A stretch of DNA of 64,000 nucleotides. It comes from Pseudomonadota bacterium (GTDB taxonomy: Bacteria > Myxococcota > JACRCW01 > JAFGSX01). Made by a program: the position numbers and the translations under genes. Below the pieces are notes generated by a model. That model was given only the letters and a program-made list of their open reading frames with translations, had not been told where the DNA came from and did no database searches. Positions 40,416-48,250 of this stretch are shown here, piece after piece (position 1 is the first letter of the stretch; every line of letters starts with the position of its first letter). Where the stretch lies: contig JBDRCO010000037.1 in NCBI GenBank assembly GCA_043821645.1, positions 160,001 to 224,000 on the forward strand, written 5' to 3'.

Positions 40416-41735
40416 ATGCAACTCATCAAGCCGGGCACCGACTACAACTTCACTGGCCGCGTCCCGCTGTTTGGCGGGATCTCCATCGGGCTGGTCCTGC
40501 TGTCACTGGTCGGCATCGCCACCCGTGGATTCAACTGGGGCATCGACTTCGCCGGTGGCACCGAGCTGCAGGTGCGCTTCGACAGCGCCGTGGCCACCAC
40601 CGACATCCGTCGCGTGCTGGGGGAGCAGGGCTTCGACAAGAACGAGGTCCAGCCCTACGGCGCAGTCGAGAGCCACGAATTTCTGGTGCGCATCGAGCGC
40701 GTGACCTCGCTGGGCGAGGATCGCGTCGCCCGTCTTCGCGAGGAGGCGCTCAAGCACTTTGGTGCCGAGACCCTGCATGCCTTCGTGTTCGAGCCAAGCG
40801 AAGGTGATCGCGTGGCGCTGGATTTCGCGCTTCCTCCGATCACCGCACCGGCTGTCGAAGATGCCGGGGTGAGCGCGGACGCGGCGGTCCAGGGCGAGCA
40901 GCTGGCCAGGGCCCGCGCCCAGCGTGACGAGAAGTCCGTAGCCGAGCTGACCGTCAAGGTGCAAGACTTCTTCAAGGCCCAGGGCATCGAGCTGCGCGCG
41001 CACGACTTCATCCAGTTTGGCCAGGTCCGCGGTGACAAGGTCGAGGCCCTGATCTACTTCAAGGGCGTGGCCGATCGCATCGTGCAGAGCATGACCAAGG
41101 CCTTCGGCCCGGCCTGCACCGCGGAGAACGCCGCGGACGTGTGCAAGGCGAGCAATCGCTGCGACAGCGGCAAGTGCGCCATCGACAACCGGCGTACCGA
41201 CTACGTCGACAGCAACGTCAGCAAGGAGCTGCGGACCACCGGTCTGCTGGCCATCATCTACGCGCTACTCGGCATCCTGCTCTACATTGCCGTGCGGTTT
41301 GACTTTTACTTCTCCCCCGGGGCGGTGGTGGCGGTGATCCACGACGTCACCATCACCATGGGGATCTTCGCCTGGCTCGGTTTGGAGTTCAACCTGACCA
41401 CCATCGCGGCCCTGTTGACCATTGTAGGTTACTCACTCAACGACACCATCGTGGTCTACGACCGTATTCGTGAGACCCTGCCCACCGACGACAAGCTCAA
41501 GGAGGACAGGGCCAGCTACGTCAACCGCGCCATCAACGACACCCTGAGCCGCACCATCTTGACCTCGGGCACGACCATGCTGGTGGTCGTCGCGCTGCTC
41601 ATCTTTGCCACCGGCGTCATCCAGATGTTCGCCGTCGCCATGGCCATAGGCATCACGGTCGGAACCTACTCCTCGATCTACGTGGCCAGCCCCGTCTATC
41701 TGATCCTCAAGAAGATGGTACCCGCACCGCGCTAG
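40416..41735 (+). CDS. secF: Protein translocase subunit SecF with an enlarged periplasmic domain
   Basis: GIDFAGGT, HDV, GYSLNDTIVVYDRIRE and GTYSSI. Confidence 0.96.
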   Translation: MQLIKPGTDYNFTGRVPLFGGISIGLVLLSLVGIATRGFNWGIDFAGGTELQVRFDSAVATTDIRRVLGEQGFDKNEVQPYGAVESHEFLVRIERVTSLGEDRVARLREEALKHFGAETLHAFVFEPSEGDRVALDFALPPITAPAVEDAGVSADAAVQGEQLARARAQRDEKSVAELTVKVQDFFKAQGIELRAHDFIQFGQVRGDKVEALIYFKGVADRIVQSMTKAFGPACTAENAADVCKASNRCDSGKCAIDNRRTDYVDSNVSKELRTTGLLAIIYALLGILLYIAVRFDFYFSPGAVVAVIHDVTITMGIFAWLGLEFNLTTIAALLTIVGYSLNDTIVVYDRIRETLPTDDKLKEDRASYVNRAINDTLSRTILTSGTTMLVVVALLIFATGVIQMFAVAMAIGITVGTYSSIYVASPVYLILKKMVPAPR

Positions 41736-41927
41736 CCCGATCTCAGGCAGCATGCAATCCGCGGTGTAGGGCCCCCCGCGACGGGGCACGTCGGGTTGTT
41801 CTCCACCGACGGGGACTTTTTGGGGCCGTCGCGCGCTGCACATCGTGTCATCGACAAGGGGGGCCCAGCCCCTGCGCCCCACACCCTTCGATCGATGCCA
41901 CCTGTCATCGGTCGAGCGGATTTTTCA

Positions 41928-42404
41928 TCAGGGGCCGGTCGGCCCAGCCTCGGCAATGCCCACGAAGCGCACCGCGGTGCCAGCGGCCACGCCGTGGCGG
42001 CGGGAGAAGCCAGCGTTGACCTCGAGCACGTAGCGCGAGGGTTGCCCTACCTGGCGAGACACCGTGGTCAGAGGTTCGGCATTCTCGACCACGCCCACCA
42101 CACGCCTGTCGCTGCCGATGAAGATCATGTCCAGGGGGATGTAGGTGTTCTTCATCCAGAACGAGTGATTTCCATCCTCGCTGTACAGGAACAGCATGCC
42201 GTCATCGGCGTCGAGCTGACGGCGATACATGAGTCCGCGTGCCATTTCCTGGGGCGTGCGGGCCAGTTCCACCTTCACGGTGACCTCCCCGGCGCTCGCC
42301 AGCAGCACGACCTGGGACTGCGCGAACTGGGCACTGGCAGACTCGGCATCCATGGCACAGCACAGCAGGGCGGGGAGTGCAAGGCTCAAGGATAGACGTG
42401 GCAT
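41928..42404 (-). CDS. DUF192 family protein
   Basis: VELART..RGLMYR, GMLF, FWMKNTYIPLDMIF and YVLEVNAG. Confidence 0.92.
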   Translation of the reverse strand: MPRLSLSLALPALLCCAMDAESASAQFAQSQVVLLASAGEVTVKVELARTPQEMARGLMYRRQLDADDGMLFLYSEDGNHSFWMKNTYIPLDMIFIGSDRRVVGVVENAEPLTTVSRQVGQPSRYVLEVNAGFSRRHGVAAGTAVRFVGIAEAGPTGP

Positions 42405-42487
42405 GTGGGAATGATGCGCTGCCTGCAAGTCTTCTGGCAAGCCTGTGGATTCACAGGGGCGAGTGGTGCTCGGGAGAGGGCTTGAAT

Positions 42488-43747
42488 TCACGACCGCTCG
42501 GCTGTCACATCCTCGAGCTGCTCGACGGAAGCTTCGGCACGCTGTTCGGCGGCACCACCCGAGCTCGTCTCGGACTCTGATTTCGCGACCACCTCGACAG
42601 GCTCGGGGATGGTCTGCTTGACCGTGGCCGGGGGCAGGGCCTGGCTCTCGCGCAGGGCCTGGCCAATGATGTCGACGTCGCTGGTGAGGTCCTCGAGCTC
42701 GCGGGCCACGTCGCGCAGTTCGTCGGCCAGGCGCTCGCTGTCCGTGGCGTGATAGTTCATCAGCGAGAATCGCACCTTCTCGAGCAGGGCCAGCTGCGAC
42801 ACGATGCGTGCCACGGTGCGCTCGCGGCCGCGGCCTATGGACTGCAGGTAGGTGAGCTGCGCCATCAGGCTGTTCGCTGCGCGCTCGTACTGCTCCCGGG
42901 CGATGGGATCCTTGGCCTGGGTCGCCGAGCGCTGCAGATCGTCGACACGCGAGCGGATCTCGGCCTCGTTCTTGCCCGCGGTCTCGCCCTGTATGGCCTG
43001 CCAGCGCAGCGCGGTCTCGAACAGCGACAGGCACAGCTCCTTGGCCCTGTCCCTGAGGTCGTGCTCGAGTGCCTTCTCGATCTTGCGGCGCTTGAGGTCG
43101 TCGAGGATCTGATCGTACACGCGCTTGGCCTGGGTCGCATGGCGCAGCAGCTCGCCGCGCAACTTGTCCTCGGCTTTTCTGAAGGCGCGCGCAACGGGAT
43201 CCGTGAGCACGGTCACCCGGCGAACCCCGGTCAGGGCCGTGGCGATGAAGCCGCCCACCGCACCTGCGACCGCCGCCACCACGGGCACTGGAGCCAGACC
43301 CTCGGCGAGGCCAAACAGTCCGAAGCGCAGCCCGGCGAAGCCCGCGACCATCAGCGCCGGCACGCCCAGGAGCGCACCCAGGCCGCGGCGAATCCCGTTA
43401 CCTTCAAACAGCGTGATGGCCAGGCCAAGACCAAGACCCGACAGCACCCAGGAGAAAGTCGGGTAAGAGAAGCGCAGGTAGAGCAGCACCATGGCTGGCA
43501 CCAGGGCCGCCAGGCCAATCAGCACGGCACGCGTCAGCCGCTGCCCCAGGCGCTCGCCCACGAAGCCCAGGCCCGCGCCCATGGCCACCAGCACCACCGG
43601 GGCCCAGCGTTGCAGCTCGTAGGTCGGGTTGTTGCTCAGGGCTGCCAGCAGGCCAACCGCCGCGCCGCCGGCCGCCGCACCCACCGTGCCGCGCAGGACC
43701 TCGTGGTGAAAGCGATCATGGTCGTCAAAGGTGAGCTGGGTGGCCAT
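42488..43747 (-). CDS. Multi-pass membrane protein with a C-terminal coiled coil
   Basis: About 5-6 Gly-rich hydrophobic segments followed by a charged helical region; GAGG RBS. Confidence 0.72.
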   Translation of the reverse strand: MATQLTFDDHDRFHHEVLRGTVGAAAGGAAVGLLAALSNNPTYELQRWAPVVLVAMGAGLGFVGERLGQRLTRAVLIGLAALVPAMVLLYLRFSYPTFSWVLSGLGLGLAITLFEGNGIRRGLGALLGVPALMVAGFAGLRFGLFGLAEGLAPVPVVAAVAGAVGGFIATALTGVRRVTVLTDPVARAFRKAEDKLRGELLRHATQAKRVYDQILDDLKRRKIEKALEHDLRDRAKELCLSLFETALRWQAIQGETAGKNEAEIRSRVDDLQRSATQAKDPIAREQYERAANSLMAQLTYLQSIGRGRERTVARIVSQLALLEKVRFSLMNYHATDSERLADELRDVARELEDLTSDVDIIGQALRESQALPPATVKQTIPEPVEVVAKSESETSSGGAAEQRAEASVEQLEDVTAERS

Positions 43748-43782
43748 GGTGGCGTCCTCGGGTTCTGGAGTGACGACGGAGA

Positions 43783-45210
43783 TCAGCGGCGCTGGCTGCT
43801 GAAGGCCTCGGCGCGGTTGCTCTTGACGAAGTCCTGACCTGCCGCACTGCCCAGGTCGGCGGCGCCAGCCTTGGTATCCATGTCGTCGAAGTAGACCGCC
43901 TGCTGCCTGAGCGCCGGAGCGGCGGCGGCGGGCGCGTTGGCGGCGGCCTTCTTCATGCGGGCCTTGGCATCCCGCAGCACCTGCACGGCCTGGGTCTTGT
44001 CATTGCGCGACATGGCTTCCATCGAGGCGCTCACCGCTGCTGCGGCCTCGACCTTGTAGCCAGCCACCATGACGTCGGCGTTCTGCGAGCGACCGGCCAG
44101 AGCCTGGTCGTGCACGGCTGCCACACTGAGCAGACCCTGGGCGCTCTCGCCGCCGCCCGAGGCGGGCATCTGGTAGGTCAGGCCCAGGCTGGCAAAGGGA
44201 TGCACGTTCTGGCCCGAGGGCCGCGCCGTGGCACGGGCCACCAGGCGCCGCGATTCCCCGGAGGACAGGTCGCCGAGGTCGACCACCATGCTGTTGCCGT
44301 CGCGGGTGGCGTTGTAACCGAACACCTCCTGGATCTGCATGTTGGCGCCCGGGTCAATGCGCAGGCGCACGCGGCTGGCGACCAGGCTCTCCACGGCCTG
44401 GAACTCCTTGGCCAGGATGGACGCCAGCGCGCTGGTCTTGCGCAGGTGGTAGAAGCCGCCACCGCCGCGGATGGCGATGCGCTCCATCACGTTCTCGTCG
44501 TAGTCCAGACCCACGCCCATGCTCGAGAAGGTCAGCCCCTGCTCACGACCGTCGCCGGCGATGGCAGCCAGGCGGACCGGATTGCGCTCACCTTCGGTGG
44601 GTCGACCGTCGCTGATCAGGAGGACCCGCCGCGGCATCGAGGTCGTGGCCAGCTCACGGATCGCGGCGCGCAGGCCACCGCCGATGTTGGTACCACCGCC
44701 GGCGTCGATGGACATGACCCGGCGCTGCGCCAGGTCGCGGACATCGCGCACCGGGCTCAGGCGCAGGTCGGTGGTGACGTCGGATCCATAGCTGACAACG
44801 GCAATCATGTCGTCGTCGCGCAGCTTGCGCATAAAGGCCAGGGCTGCGTCCCGGGCGTCATCGATCTTGACCCCGGCCATGGAGCCAGAGCGGTCGATGA
44901 CCAGCACCGCGGCAAAGGGCGAGCGCGCGCCGGGCTGATTGGCCGCCTGCAGGTCCACATTCAAGAACAGGTCCGTGGCGCTGTCCGCCAGCACGTGCGA
45001 CTGGCTCAGGGTGGCCGTGGCGCGCACCGCGTTGCCAAAACTCACGGTGGCCTGGGGCTGACCCACGTTGACCGGCGGCGGGGGAGGCGGGGGTGGATAA
45101 TTGGTGGGCGTTGTAGGTGGCGCAACCACCTGTCCGCGCACCACCAGAAACAGAGCGGCCGCGCTCAGCAAGGCTGCGCCGCCAAAGATGCCCAGGGTCT
45201 TGGGGTTCAT
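43783..45210 (-). CDS. VWA-domain protein (YfbK-like) with an N-terminal anchor and poly-Pro linker
   Basis: MIDAS DRSGS, GGTNIGGGL, LLISDG and GVGLDYDE. Confidence 0.88.
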   Translation of the reverse strand: MNPKTLGIFGGAALLSAAALFLVVRGQVVAPPTTPTNYPPPPPPPPVNVGQPQATVSFGNAVRATATLSQSHVLADSATDLFLNVDLQAANQPGARSPFAAVLVIDRSGSMAGVKIDDARDAALAFMRKLRDDDMIAVVSYGSDVTTDLRLSPVRDVRDLAQRRVMSIDAGGGTNIGGGLRAAIRELATTSMPRRVLLISDGRPTEGERNPVRLAAIAGDGREQGLTFSSMGVGLDYDENVMERIAIRGGGGFYHLRKTSALASILAKEFQAVESLVASRVRLRIDPGANMQIQEVFGYNATRDGNSMVVDLGDLSSGESRRLVARATARPSGQNVHPFASLGLTYQMPASGGGESAQGLLSVAAVHDQALAGRSQNADVMVAGYKVEAAAAVSASMEAMSRNDKTQAVQVLRDAKARMKKAAANAPAAAAPALRQQAVYFDDMDTKAGAADLGSAAGQDFVKSNRAEAFSSQRR

Positions 45211-45372
45211 GGATTCCTCCCGCTCGGTCGTGTTGCCAGCGTCGCTACCTCAAACGGACACGCGAAGCCGACGATCTGTTCCTGGGACCTGCTTTTTCAT
45301 CATATGCCGAAACCGCGCACCAGGGCACTCGAAGGGGGGAGGCAGCGCGGGACACCGCCGCCGCGAGATTCT

Positions 45373-46419
45373 TCACCGTGGGACAACGAGCAGATTCGGT
45401 GTGGTGCGCAGGCCCTCGCCCCAGTGCCGCTTGTAGGGCACCTGCTGCCCGAGGTCGTAGTGTTGTACCCCGTCCTCGCACAACCAGGTTACGAGCTCCA
45501 GGTGCAGGAGATTGCCGATGGACAGCTCCGCACGAGCGTCGTCGTAGCTGAACTGGAAGCTACGGAAGTGATCGCCGCACTGGCCGCCGTGCATGTAGCC
45601 GACATGGTCACCCTCCAGGTGGGCCAGCAGCAGCCGGGCTCGGCCCTCGACGCGGAGACGGTGCAGCAGGTGATGGTAGAAGCCACGCATGGGTTCGCGA
45701 TCCGCGCCCATGTGCTCCAGGGCTTTCCAGGACCGGCTTTCGACCTCGAGGACCCGCCCGTAGAGCGCATCCACATCGGCCCTGTCGTCGAGGACAAGGC
45801 GCTCGATGTGCAGGCCGCGATCGCGCGCCCGGCGGCCGGCGCGGCGCAGGTTGCGCCGCAGCTCGCGCGAACGTCGCGAGAGGTAGCCGTCGAGTCCCCC
45901 CTGCAGCGAGGCCACCACGCGTCCCGTCGATGGTAGGCGATAGATCTCGTGGTTCCCTTGCAGGTGCATGAGCAGGTGCATCAGACGCGGGCCGGGATCC
46001 AGCCCGGAGATGAGCACGGAGCCGTGTGACAGATCAGACCCGTCGCGCTCCCCGTCCAGCGAGCCTCCTGAAGTCCCCAGGCTGTGGCCGGGTCGCAGGG
46101 TGCGGCCCTCGCCGGCGAGGAGGTCCAGCAAGAGGTGCTCGCTGCCAGGCCCCGCGATGGGGCTCGCGAAGCGCCAGCCATGCTCCAGAGCGTGCCACAA
46201 AGGTCCCAGCTCATCGTGATCGGTGCGCGACAGCGCAAGGTGACTGTCACCTCGGCGCGCCACGAAGACGTCGAGGTCAGGGGCGTGGCTGCGCGCAAAG
46301 GAGATCATCCAGTCGCTGCGGGAGCAGAAGGGATCGATGTCGGGCGAAGCTGCGACCGCGGCGTCGTAGGTCGAACGCCAGGCCTCGAGCGCGTCGAGCC
46401 CCTGGCCTGTTTCGATCAC
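45373..46419 (-). CDS. GNAT-fold acyltransferase (CelD/BcsL-like)
   Basis: SRELRRNLRR, SWK, SYD...SIGNLL and YDLG...YKRHW; GTG start inferred. Confidence 0.75.
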   Translation of the reverse strand: MIETGQGLDALEAWRSTYDAAVAASPDIDPFCSRSDWMISFARSHAPDLDVFVARRGDSHLALSRTDHDELGPLWHALEHGWRFASPIAGPGSEHLLLDLLAGEGRTLRPGHSLGTSGGSLDGERDGSDLSHGSVLISGLDPGPRLMHLLMHLQGNHEIYRLPSTGRVVASLQGGLDGYLSRRSRELRRNLRRAGRRARDRGLHIERLVLDDRADVDALYGRVLEVESRSWKALEHMGADREPMRGFYHHLLHRLRVEGRARLLLAHLEGDHVGYMHGGQCGDHFRSFQFSYDDARAELSIGNLLHLELVTWLCEDGVQHYDLGQQVPYKRHWGEGLRTTPNLLVVPR

Positions 46420-46426
46420 GTGAGGA

Positions 46427-46900
46427 TCAACCGCCGATGGGTTCGGCCTTGGGGTCGTGGGCCACCTCGCCGTCCTTGGCCGCACAGTACTTGGCCGGCT
46501 CCTTGACTGCGCCGGTCGTTTCCTCGCGATCGCAGCACAGCTCGTCCTCGAGGGCACCACTGGGGCAGAACGCGTGGTCTGGGGCGCGACAGGCCAGGGC
46601 TCCGAACTCGGTCACGACCTTGCACTCCATGGCAATGCCGTTTCCGTTGAGGCACTCGGTGTCGCTGGCACAGCGCTTGGTGCAGTAGGGCAGGCTGCCG
46701 TTGGTCGACAGGCAGATGAAGGTGTCGCAATTGAGAAAGGCCGTGGGGTCCTGCGACACGAAGTTGTCGCCGTCCTTGGGCTTCATCACCCCGTAAACGT
46801 CGTCTTCTTTCTCGGCGCACTTGCCTCCCAGAGGATCCGGCGTGCAGGCGGTCGCGGCGATGAGACCTAGCGTGAGGACGGCGAGTGTGAACTGGCGCAT
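46427..46900 (-). CDS. cglC: Cys-rich gliding-motility lipoprotein, CglC/GltK-like
   Basis: Lipobox ATAC, CDTFICL...YCTKRC pattern, divergent from the glt barrel/gltC genes as in myxobacteria. Confidence 0.7.
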   Translation of the reverse strand: MRQFTLAVLTLGLIAATACTPDPLGGKCAEKEDDVYGVMKPKDGDNFVSQDPTAFLNCDTFICLSTNGSLPYCTKRCASDTECLNGNGIAMECKVVTEFGALACRAPDHAFCPSGALEDELCCDREETTGAVKEPAKYCAAKDGEVAHDPKAEPIGG

Positions 46901-47081
46901 GAGATGGCTCCGGCCCAGGGGCTATTGTCATGGATTACCACGCGCTGTGGATCCCCTCAAGACAAGCTGCAGGACAGCGAAGGTCCCCGGTCTGGAAGCG
47001 GTCCGCGAAGGGTGGCGACAAGCCCCTGGCCACAGGGAACGTGGACACCGGCCTGGGTCTCCTCGATCTCGAGGTCCTCGT

Positions 47082-47097
47082 TGTGACCGAGCGCACA
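47082..47097. promoter_or_regulatory. CRP/FNR-family-like palindromic site
   Basis: TGTGA-CCGAGC-GCACA matches 9/10 of TGTGA-N6-TCACA, just upstream of TG-g-TAGGAT (47112-47120). Confidence 0.45.
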
Positions 47098-47473
47098 ACC
47101 GGGAGACTCTGTGGTAGGATTTACCCCACTGGCCCATTAGTAATGAGGTGGTTGCGGGTGGCACGGGGCTGCGATAGTTATGGGTGGTTCGCGAGACCCC
47201 GAGGGGAGGCAATCCCGTTCCCGTGGGAGGTCCGGATGCTAAGCCAGTCCACCGTGCCCGCAAAAAGCTGCAGGGGTGCCGGGAGCTTGAGACGGCTGGT
47301 ACGCGGACTCGCCACGGCCACACCGGTGGTGAGATGGGCTCCGCTCCCCGGTCTGCAGAACGATCGACCCCGTGCTACTCGACGACGAGGCTGCACCGGC
47401 CGCCGCGGGGCGGACCGGCCCGGAATGTAAAGACCCCGCGAACGCTATCGCGCATGTTGCGACGGAGAACACC

Positions 47474-48250
47474 GTGACGCTCAAGCCAGCCGCAGTTTTT
47501 GCTCTCGCCTTGCTCCCCGTCTCCGCCCTGGCGCAGGAGGCCACGAAGACCGATTCGGACACCGCGGCCGCCGCCGAGGAGTCGCAGGAGCAGGTCGAGG
47601 CCACGGACAGCGTGGGCAAGCCCCTGAGAGACCGCATCAAGGCGGTCAGTCGCAAGTCGTTCTTGAAGAAGAACCGCTTCGAGGCCACCCCGGCCTTTGG
47701 GCTCAGCGTCAACGATGCGTTCTTCCGTAACTACATCGTCCAGCTCGACGCCACCTACCACATCGTCGAGAGCTTCAGCCTCGAGCTGCGTCTGGGGCTG
47801 CCGGTGTTCGGTGAGCCGCTGGACCCGGTGGAGTTCCTGCGCAGCGAGTACAAGACCCTGACCAACATCGTGCGGCCGGCCTACCTGGTGCAGCTCTCTG
47901 GCAACTTCACGCCGCTGTACGGCAAGGTGGCCATGTTCAGCGAGTGGATCTGGCAGTACGACCTGTACCTGGCTGGCGGCGTCGGCGTCACCGGTATCGG
48001 TATCCTCACCGGTGCGCGCCTGGACATGTCGGCCATCGCCCACATGCCCTCGATGAACGTGGGCGTGGGCATGCGCTCCTTCATCACCCGCTGGATGGTC
48101 GTTCACCTGGACGCGCGCGACTACATCTACCCGTCGGTGACCGACGGCCTGAGCAACATCCAGAACCTGCTCGTCGTGAGCGTCGGCGTGGGCTTCTTCT
48201 TCCCCTTCGACTTCGAGTACGAGTACGAAGGCTACAAGGTGGTGCAGTGA
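47474..48250 (+). CDS. GltA/GltB-type outer-membrane beta-barrel
   Basis: GTG with GGAG RBS, signal peptide, RDRIKAVSRKSFLKKNRFE, PLYGK and terminal GFFFP. Confidence 0.85.
   Translation: MTLKPAAVFALALLPVSALAQEATKTDSDTAAAAEESQEQVEATDSVGKPLRDRIKAVSRKSFLKKNRFEATPAFGLSVNDAFFRNYIVQLDATYHIVESFSLELRLGLPVFGEPLDPVEFLRSEYKTLTNIVRPAYLVQLSGNFTPLYGKVAMFSEWIWQYDLYLAGGVGVTGIGILTGARLDMSAIAHMPSMNVGVGMRSFITRWMVVHLDARDYIYPSVTDGLSNIQNLLVVSVGVGFFFPFDFEYEYEGYKVVQ

Noticed and set aside
43783-45210. VWA gene as cglB
   Set aside because: No lipobox or Cys-rich regions; it has a YfbK-like layout.
47159-47173. sigma54 promoter-like TGGCACGGGGCTGC
   Set aside because: GG-to-GC spacing is 9 nt rather than the required 10.
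47150-47270. SRP RNA, tmRNA, tRNA or c-di-GMP riboswitch
   Set aside because: Diagnostic motifs and lengths are not met; kept only as an unknown structure.
46930-47430. 166-aa ORF in the cglC-glt intergenic region
   Set aside because: Atypical codon usage, no recognisable domain, and it overlaps likely regulatory signals.
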